Origin: Craspedostauros australis
Taxonomy: Eukaryota
Assembly (NCBI GenBank): GCA_030167865.1
Contig: JALAGF010006529.1
Span: 62,001 to 126,000, forward strand
Length of the DNA: 64,000 bases
Direction: 5' to 3'
Below the pieces are notes generated by a model. It had not been told where the DNA came from. It saw nothing but the letters and a program-made list of their open reading frames with translations, and made no database searches. Position 1 is the stretch's first letter, and every line of letters begins with the position of its first letter. The position numbers and the translations under genes are program-made. Shown piece by piece: positions 55,982 through 64,000 of the stretch.

Positions 55982-57383
55982 CTTTCTCTATCGTGTTGGG
56001 ATTGGTGTTGGTGTTGTTGTTGGCGCTAGGATTGGTGTTGAGTTTCGTACACTGTCCTCTTCTATCCTCCTCTGTCTGCTTCTGTCTTCTTCTGTGTGAT
56101 TGGTGGAATACGACACTATTAGATAATATAATATATTATCATACAATAGAATACAATGGTAGGGTAGAGTATTATGTGAGGTATTCACTCCTTTTGCTCT
56201 TTTGGTGGCGATGCTATACGAGATCTGTGTCTTTCTTGGTCGTTGTATGCTGTTCCACGAATGGTTGGGCAAAGAGCAGATCGTAGAGAAGGTACGACTA
56301 TGATACTCGTGCGATACTTGGACGACTTTTGACTATGGCATGTGCTCGCAGCCGTGGTGGTCTTCTGGGAGTATTGCGAGTATTGCGAGTATTTCGATGA
56401 TTGCAATGATTGCAATGATTGATCTCCTTGATCTCCTTGATCTCCTTGGTCTTGCTTGTTTGTTGGCGCCACTGATGTCGTTGGCGCTGTTGCTTGCTCT
56501 GGTGTTGTTCCTGTCCGTACAGTTGGAGCCACAAGCTACCAGCTGTGCAGACATTGGTGATTGCGCGAGTCTGCGCGATCTGCGACCGCATTCGAATTGT
56601 TCGGCGGTGGGAGAAACCGCGACGCTGTACACACGAGTCAATTTATTATTCGGCCTATGTGGCTCAGCATCGATCGCCATGGTATTGCCGACAAACGTGA
56701 ACATTGCATGTGAGATCATGATCGCGAGAAACGAATTTGTGTCCTACTCGCGTCCGATAACCGTCCAAACGTTACTCATCGTGGCAACTCACAAATCTCT
56801 TCGGTCCAAACTTTGGCGACTGCTCGCTGTAGAGGATCGTCGACAAGAGGCGATTGATGAGAGCACATCAAAATTTGGCAGCACCACCAACCACCAACCA
56901 CCAACATCACCGAATGATCGTGCAACATTGTAGAGCAGAAGCAATGAGAGGGATATCAATAGGGTACCTACTCCAGCTCGTACCATAGATTGCACTTGTA
57001 CATACTCTGAAGTTCGTGGTGTAGCATTATATAATACTATCGTGCCCATGTTACGTACATTCACACCTGCACCTGCGCTTGTGGCGATGATCGTAGAGGC
57101 GACGATACTAGCATTGATGTGATCGCCACCGTCATCGCACACAGCGCCCGTCTGAGCAACTGCCAGGTCGTATTATACTCGTACGTATGGTGCGTATGCT
57201 CCATCCTCGGACTCTAGAGTAGCATGGTGCTGCCCAGCGAGAAGGGCATCTCGCGTCTCGCAGTGGTTGGTCTTAACTATTGCTTCCACCCATCCGTCTT
57301 GCCGATGTGTCACACATACTCTTCGCAGGACAGTGCGAGTACTACTAGCAGCACCATGTAATTGGCCATGCCACCCTCATCCT

Positions 57384-60300
57384 CTAGTTCTCCATGGCGT
57401 ACAGGAGACGGCTTGCTGCCTCTTCGCACTTGTCAGGGAATTTGGCGCTCGCAGTTCGAACCAGCTCACCGATGTTGGCCGCTTGCATGGCCTTGAAGTT
57501 CTCAGGAATGGCCAATCGCAACAGCACCATGCAGGCACGTTCCTGGACTTGGCCATCGTCCGCGTACAGCACCATGGCCATGACGATCGCATCCAACGCC
57601 TCCTCGTCGACGATCCGCATCTTGCTCGCGTCCGTGTTGGCAATGTTGCCAAGGACGGCGCAGCCCATCTCCTGGACGGCGGGCGAGTTCGCGTGGGCCT
57701 GCATGGCGTTCACAATGGCAGAGATCCCACCAACCTCCAGAACTGCATCGCCGTTGTGGATGTCCAGCGACAGAGTGAACAGAGCACGGCAGCACCATTC
57801 CTCGACGCCGACGTTGTCCGAATGAACCCACATGGCACGGATGATGGCGTCGATGCCGTAGCAATCTCCGATGTCTGCCTTGTTCTGGTCGTTGCCTGCC
57901 AGGTTGGACAGCGTCCACGCACCTTCCTCCTGCACGCCCGCCTCGTCGCGATGCACCTGCATGGCGGTGATGACAGCATCGATAGCTCCGATATTGGCAA
58001 GATCCACCTTGTTCTCGTCGTTGTTGGCGCAGAGGTTGCGCAAGGCTCGCAACGATTTCTCCTGGAGGTACACATCGTCTGGGTGCATCACCATCGAGAT
58101 CACCACTGCGTCACCGCCGCCGCTGTCCATGATCTTTTGCTTCAACGGCGACACGTGAGATGCCAGGTTGGCAATGACGGAACATCCCTTGATCTGCACC
58201 CTGGCAACATCCGCGTGCTTCCTCATCGCGGCCACCACCTGCTCAACGACGCCCTTCTGGCTCAGGATGGCGAGATTGTCCACGGCCGCGCCCATGTTGG
58301 AGAGCGCGGCAATTCCCTTCTCCTGGATATCAATGTCACTCATAAAGTCAACCATCGCCGCCAGTATCAGATCGACGGCACCCGCGTTCACGAAAGCGAT
58401 CTGGTTGCGCAAGGTGCCGCTCATGTTCCACACCGCGCCACATCCCCACAGCTGGACATGCGCGTTGGACAGGTGCTCCTGCATCGCATCGACGATCACC
58501 TCCGCTGCGCCCATCTCGGACAGCATGTCCTGGTCGTCCGCCGTGAGCTGCAACGATGACAGCTCCTCCAGGCCTTCCTGCACCACCACGTGCGAGACAA
58601 TGGCCTCCCTCAGGATGATGAGGATCTCTGCGTAGTCAGGACCCACGGAACGGATCCGTTCGATGTACTGGTGTTCGGAATGCGAATCCGATCGCTTCGG
58701 CACGCGATTTCCGTTGGGGCCAATGCTCCCGCCGATGTCAGGTGTGTGATCGACATCGCTGGTGGTGTGACGGAATCGTCCCGAGCTGGTGCAGCTGGTC
58801 CTGCTCTGCAGGGAGGAGCTCCCATCTTCGTTGCCTTCGAAGACGGCATCGACTCCCGATATGTGCTTCGTTGAAGGCATACGACCGCCGACACCGCCAA
58901 CCATGTACGGCGGACCATCACCAAACCCAATCTCCTCTTCAATGGACGACATGGAGCTGAGGGTGCGGCTGCTGCCTACATGCCTCATCCCGGCAACTGT
59001 GTTCGAGGGCATGGGGATGTTGAACGAGAATTCGCCGCCACGGTTCAACACGCCGTGCACTGGAATCTGCTCGAAGGAGTCCCCTTGCTGTTGTTGTTGC
59101 TGTTGTTGTTGCTGCTGGTGCGCATGCATTTGGTGGTGATGGTCATTTTGCAGCACATTCTCCTCCAGATCATCAACAGCAGCCCCAGCCGCGGAGAATG
59201 AGTCGGACAGCCGCAGATTGTCATGCGCCCCGTTGGAAAAACGACGGTTGGCTTGATTGGAGGCATCATAGTCCATAGCAGCAGCAGCAGCAGCTGCCGC
59301 ACCAGCGGAAGGCTCATGATCGTCAACAGTATGAATGGGCACATAAACATCATCTTCGTGATCATCCCCGTCCATCATTCCAGCGTACATTCCATCGTCG
59401 TATCCGAATTGCTTCGCCGCCATGATGGTCTCGGCAGCACGTTGCAACTCCTCTTTGGTCGGCTTTCTCATTTGCGTGACGGAAGCTGCACCTGAACTTC
59501 GTCGTCTCGCGGCATGGTTGCTGCCACCATTCATCATGGTATTGCCACCTGCCATGCCTCCAGGGATAGGCGCAGACACAGATGAGGTCGATGCAGATGC
59601 CATTGTACTGGCATTCCGTTCAACAGATTGCGCAGAGTTTGAATCATTGGGCCGAATGCTGTGACCACATCGAGCTGCAGCGGAGAGATTTCGACGAGAC
59701 GAACCCGCTGCATGGAGCTGAGCGAGTCTGCCATCGTTCGGCTGACCTGAGGCAGGCGTTTGGTTGTTGTTGTTGCTACTGTTGTTGTTGTTGTTGTTGT
59801 TGCTGTTGTTGTGACCGTGAGTATGAGCATGTTTGCGGTTGTGATTGTGATTGTGACCCTGGCTGTTGGCTGATGACATGGAGAGCGACTTTGGCAATGA
59901 GGAGGAGATGCTCTCGGCGCCGCTGGTCACGCTCAGCAAACTGTTTGCTGATCGAGTGGAGAGAGGTTCACTCGGTTCGCCGTTGATGGGTGCCGAGATG
60001 GAGACATGCGCCGACGAGTTCTGTATGGCGCTTCCACGCCTGGCGACCGCCGCTGCAGCCGCGGCGATATTCGAGTACGGGGATGGCATTGCCTCCGATC
60101 CGCTATGCGTGCGTCTGACATTGTTCGTTCTGTTGGGCGTGGAGAAGGATCTGTCGGTTCTGGCGTGAGACGAATGGGTCCCCACCGACGATGACAGGCC
60201 TCCGTGTTGCAAGGATGTGGAGGAGAGGCCGGAGGACGATCTTAGGTTGACGGTGCGGATTGCCTCCATGGCCACTTCCGACATGGTCTCCGCCGTCGGG

Positions 60301-60935
60301 CCCCGGCGCTGCGTTGTGGAGGACGATAGGGAGAGATTTCTCTGGGACGCGGAGAATCGTTCGAGGTCCTGCTGCGTCGCACGGCGCGTGCCAGCGGCCA
60401 CAACGACGTTGGGGTTGGAATTGAGATTTGCGGCGGATGCATTGCCAGCCGGAGCGGCTGCCGTGGACGCCGCGATGACAGAAGATGACGACGTTCCACT
60501 TCCGGATCTCCTGAGAGAGTGGGATCGGTGGGATGATGTCCCGTTGGTCCCCGTGGAAATGCCGACGGGCGCGTTGGTAGCAGTGGACGTGGTGCTGGTG
60601 GTGACGATGCTTGTTGAGACGCTCACCGTGGAACCTGCATGTGCGCCTCCCCCGTTGGAGCTTGCGCTTGTTCTTGTCGCAGCAGCTGCGCTTGCATGAA
60701 TACCAGCCCTTGCGTTGATCTGCTTGAGCTCCTTTTGCGTGAGCGGGATGCAGCTGAGGCAGCGACCATTGAGGACGTACCCCGGTTGGTTGATGGGCGT
60801 GAATTTGAATAGCTTCTTCTTGAAGCACTTTCTGCCGCACGTCACGCATTCTCCGCGCTTCTTGCGGTACTCCTCCAGCTGTTGACGGGTCATCAAGGAC
60901 CCCGTCGCGTTGAAGTCTGCTCCCAGCTGCTCCAT
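57384..60935 (-). CDS. Armadillo-repeat protein with N-terminal Cys-rich module and long disordered linker
   Basis: About 8 C-terminal ARM repeats (VQLWGCGAVWNM, IQEKGIAALSNM, LQEKSLRALRNL, VQEEGAWTLSNL, VQEMGCAVLGNI), with N-terminal CVTCGRKC...GRCLSC. Confidence 0.88.
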   Translation of the reverse strand: MEQLGADFNATGSLMTRQQLEEYRKKRGECVTCGRKCFKKKLFKFTPINQPGYVLNGRCLSCIPLTQKELKQINARAGIHASAAAATRTSASSNGGGAHAGSTVSVSTSIVTTSTTSTATNAPVGISTGTNGTSSHRSHSLRRSGSGTSSSSVIAASTAAAPAGNASAANLNSNPNVVVAAGTRRATQQDLERFSASQRNLSLSSSTTQRRGPTAETMSEVAMEAIRTVNLRSSSGLSSTSLQHGGLSSSVGTHSSHARTDRSFSTPNRTNNVRRTHSGSEAMPSPYSNIAAAAAAVARRGSAIQNSSAHVSISAPINGEPSEPLSTRSANSLLSVTSGAESISSSLPKSLSMSSANSQGHNHNHNRKHAHTHGHNNSNNNNNNNSSNNNNQTPASGQPNDGRLAQLHAAGSSRRNLSAAARCGHSIRPNDSNSAQSVERNASTMASASTSSVSAPIPGGMAGGNTMMNGGSNHAARRRSSGAASVTQMRKPTKEELQRAAETIMAAKQFGYDDGMYAGMMDGDDHEDDVYVPIHTVDDHEPSAGAAAAAAAAMDYDASNQANRRFSNGAHDNLRLSDSFSAAGAAVDDLEENVLQNDHHHQMHAHQQQQQQQQQQQGDSFEQIPVHGVLNRGGEFSFNIPMPSNTVAGMRHVGSSRTLSSMSSIEEEIGFGDGPPYMVGGVGGRMPSTKHISGVDAVFEGNEDGSSSLQSRTSCTSSGRFRHTTSDVDHTPDIGGSIGPNGNRVPKRSDSHSEHQYIERIRSVGPDYAEILIILREAIVSHVVVQEGLEELSSLQLTADDQDMLSEMGAAEVIVDAMQEHLSNAHVQLWGCGAVWNMSGTLRNQIAFVNAGAVDLILAAMVDFMSDIDIQEKGIAALSNMGAAVDNLAILSQKGVVEQVVAAMRKHADVARVQIKGCSVIANLASHVSPLKQKIMDSGGGDAVVISMVMHPDDVYLQEKSLRALRNLCANNDENKVDLANIGAIDAVITAMQVHRDEAGVQEEGAWTLSNLAGNDQNKADIGDCYGIDAIIRAMWVHSDNVGVEEWCCRALFTLSLDIHNGDAVLEVGGISAIVNAMQAHANSPAVQEMGCAVLGNIANTDASKMRIVDEEALDAIVMAMVLYADDGQVQERACMVLLRLAIPENFKAMQAANIGELVRTASAKFPDKCEEAASRLLYAMEN

Positions 60936-61245
60936 CTTCTCGTTGCTTGGTTGGTTGCGGTTTAATGCGGTTGGATGCGATTGAGTGCGGTTGGATGCGG
61001 TTGAGTGCGGTTGAATGCGAGCACTGTATCTGATTCAGTGAGACGTCTGATCTGCTGGCGAGACGGCGCGGGATGAGATGCGATGAGCCAACCAGGTAAC
61101 CTGGCGTCTCGTTGATCGCCTGAGTGTCGTTGTCGTTGTCGTATGGTATGGCCGACAACTGGTCTGATCAAGGGACTGATCGATGGATCGATAGTGAATC
61201 CGAGAATCGAGCAGCTCGCAGAAGAGCGCTGTGGGCCCTTTGTCC

Positions 61246-61247
<2 letters not shown>

Positions 61248-61283
<36 letters not shown>
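61248..61283. repeat. (CT)18 microsatellite
   Basis: Direct reading. Confidence 0.95.
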
Positions 61284-61289
<6 letters not shown>

Positions 61290-63049
61290 ACTTATGTTGG
61301 ATCTGGTCCCTTCTCAATGCAAGCCGAGTGGAACGTGGCAGAGTACTAGGACTCTACTCGCACGTATTGGTGTGCGTACTGGTGTGCGTACTGGTATGTG
61401 GATGACAGAGCACCTTCAAATGGCACCGATCTGGATGACCCTCGTCGGTTCCGACCAAGCAAACCAATCTCTCTGGTGACCTCTCCTTCTCCTCCTCGTT
61501 TCTCTTGAACAATACACAATGTAATAGAATAGAATAGAATAGTATGATAGCTTGTGCCTCAGGTTGTGCCCCTCTCGAGAATGTCCGGAAGGATGCATCA
61601 ACGAATGCAGTCACCAATACAATAGTAGTAATTGTATGGCAGATCAACAGATCAGCAGATCACAGGCTCGTATGCCAAGTCTTGCTGTTCGTCCTCCTTC
61701 TTGGTCGATCCTTGATCAGTGTTGGATCACTGGTGGAGCAAGCTTATAGCAATCTTGGTTGAACAGCCAGTCTTTGGCGCCGAATGCCTTCCGGAAACAC
61801 GCTCCAGATCGAATACACGTGCTCGGGGAGGGATTGCGATAGAGTGGAGCAGGGGTGAGCAGGGTGGAGCAGAGTGGAATGGAATGAAGCACTCCGTGGA
61901 CCTTCAGTGGGGTGGGTCGGAGGGGAGAGTGGTTGTTGTTATGGTCCACTACCAGAGAGACGACGAGCAGAATAGTCGTATGTAGAATGGTCGTATGGGC
62001 TTGTTGGGTGCTCGCAACGGTGGTTGCACTGCTCCGCCTCTTCAGCTCGTTTTATACTCGTTGGTGTGCAGCAAGCAAGCAAGCAACCAAGACAACCAAG
62101 ACAACCAAGACGAAGCAGGAAGACACAGAGGATCGCCACAAGAGAGGCAAGATGATGGCACCGTGCGGCACCAGTCACGCAACACCAATCACACCAACCA
62201 AGAAACACGATGGCTCCCTCCACACGTATCCGCGTCACCAAAGGTCTCTCTCTCTCTTGTTTCCTTCTCGTTCTCTCGTTGTCCCCGCCGCCACCACCGC
62301 CACGAACAACGGATCGCGACGGTTTCTCCTCTCTCCCCCCTTTCCTTTCTTTCTTGCTCTCCTGTGCGTTGCAATTCGCGTATGTTCGCGTCATCATTCC
62401 CCTTTTCCACTTGGACATTCGTGACCAACGCCTTCTCCTTCTCTCTTCTGATTGGAGCAACCCAATGCCATTCCCCGAAAATTCAGTCCCACCAATGCCA
62501 AAATGACCAATTCATCCGTCCACGGAACTGTGACATGTCAGTGCTTTTTGCCCAATGGCGGATTCCTGTTTGTTCACGAATTGGATTCAGTGAAACGATT
62601 GACTACAAAGGCGAGGTTAGACTAGAGTCGACTAGAGCGGAGTACCCATGTACCATCCGGGTGTACTCTACCACAAAGACACCACTCCTACCCCTTTCTG
62701 AGTATTGCACTACTGTACTCTGCTCATAGAATACAAACGTTCCTAATCTGTGTGTAAATATATGCACAGTACGAACATGCATCCTTACATCTATCCATGC
62801 GTTATTCCATGCGGCTGTACATCGAGTGTCTCTGTGTTTCGCACTGTAGTTCTTCCTCCTCTCGTTCTCTGTCACAGACGCCTCCCAGCACTTGCTTCCT
62901 AAAATAGAAGAGGGCATCCTCTCGTTCTATCGACCCTCAAGATCGACCAATGGTTTCCAATCTAATCCAATCCAATCCAATCCAATCAGGTCAGAAAGGA
63001 TCCAGTCTGGAGTGTGCGAGAATGTAGCCGAGTGGGCATAGTGTCGCAA

Positions 63050-64000
63050 TCAAATCGAACCTGTCTCCTTCCATTCGCTTCCCTCCCACACTTCATCTTG
63101 GTCGCAGAACTCACCGCACTCGTCGAAGTTGGCAAAGTCTTCGAACTCCGATGCTGCTGTCACGCGACCCCCCGATGTGATTGGGGCCTCGTGGGATGCT
63201 TGCTGAACATCGATGGGCGATGAGTACATGGACGACTTTGTCGGCATCGTCGATATTGAAGACGTCGTCGGAATCCTCGGTGTCGCCGGTACCGATGGTT
63301 CTTCTGGCAGACTCTTGAGCTGCGCAGTGTCTCGGCGGCTGAGGAACTCTTTCCTCCCGACGTATCTGTCCATCTTCCGTCTCATGCTATTTCTCGCAAT
63401 CCGTGGTTCGTAGCCGCTCTTATGGAAACCCTGGCTCTGTGTTTCCTCCATGTGCATAATCATGTGTGGACTCGCGATGAGCTCGTCAGCCACCTCACCC
63501 TCTTCTTGCGATGGCCATTGTAACTCCTCCGAGGAAAAGACGCCAACCTCGCCTCGTGTTCGGTTGCCGGATCGCATTTCTCCTTTTGTTGGTTTCACTA
63601 CCTTTGACCCTCCGACCAGACACACTTCTGGGCTGCCTTTGCCTCTTTGCGCTTCATGCTCTGCTACCGTGTCCGCAACCATCATCAACGACGCTGTCGC
63701 GTCCGCTTTCAGGTTTGAAAATGGTGACCGTGACGGAGACGGATGAGCCGCGCGAATCGGAGATGCTGCTGCGATTGGTGCTGGGCCTTCCAGCATCGTT
63801 TCTGCGATGTCGACCTCTATTCCTACTTCGGACAGAGACGACGTTGTATCTGCTGCCGTGTCCTTGCCGGTTGCTGTGTCGGTTTCGCACATCCTCGATG
63901 CCGAGTTGGTTGATACCGTATCGGTCTGCGTCGCACTCTCCATGCTCTCAGATAGCTTCTGATCAAACACAAGCATAGAGACCAGCCCGAGATTGCCAGC
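63050..64000 (-). CDS. Hypothetical disordered protein, C-terminal part (frame open to the window edge)
   Basis: At least 308 aa of Ser/Thr/Glu-rich ORF with no upstream in-frame stop before the window end; acidic-aromatic tail. Confidence 0.55.
   Translation of the reverse strand, partial: AGNLGLVSMLVFDQKLSESMESATQTDTVSTNSASRMCETDTATGKDTAADTTSSLSEVGIEVDIAETMLEGPAPIAAASPIRAAHPSPSRSPFSNLKADATASLMMVADTVAEHEAQRGKGSPEVCLVGGSKVVKPTKGEMRSGNRTRGEVGVFSSEELQWPSQEEGEVADELIASPHMIMHMEETQSQGFHKSGYEPRIARNSMRRKMDRYVGRKEFLSRRDTAQLKSLPEEPSVPATPRIPTTSSISTMPTKSSMYSSPIDVQQASHEAPITSGGRVTAASEFEDFANFDECGEFCDQDEVWEGSEWKETGSI

Noticed and set aside
56340..56933. 197-aa hydrophobic ORF resembling a membrane protein
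   Set aside because: The hydrophobicity derives from 9-bp tandem duplications and T-rich flanking sequence.
57267..58559. 430-aa + strand ORF
   Set aside because: Antisense shadow of the ARM-repeat coding region, caused by high-GC codon bias.
1..64000. CRISPR arrays, transposase/retroelement ORFs, rRNA
   Set aside because: No repeat-spacer arrays, RT/integrase/transposase motifs or rRNA-like sequence were seen.

Overview
Gene-dense eukaryotic DNA with few introns. It is most consistent with a diatom or related stramenopile, inferred from gene families, a bipartite plastid-targeting-like N-terminus and short GT-AG introns. About 18 protein genes are supported: an RGS+DENN protein (5'-truncated), a MAK-like kinase, two paralogous TM+RING-H2 ligases flanking a degenerate Oma1/M48-like gene, Maf1, two PPR proteins, three non-secreted CAP/SCP-domain paralogs, an atypical Ser/Thr kinase, MsrB, DIS3L2, RPF2, a PLAC8 protein, an ARM-repeat protein and two hypotheticals. 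The main discovery is absent from the ORF track. On the minus strand, a complete RNase MRP RNA gene (~44349-44060) is followed 66 nt later by a selenocysteine tRNA (43993-43907, anticodon UCA). The spacer holds a strong hairpin and no T4 Pol III terminator. This suggests a dicistronic RNase MRP RNA-tRNA(Sec) precursor, placed head-to-head with a Cys-type MsrB gene. All family assignments are by eye from motifs; no database searches were run.
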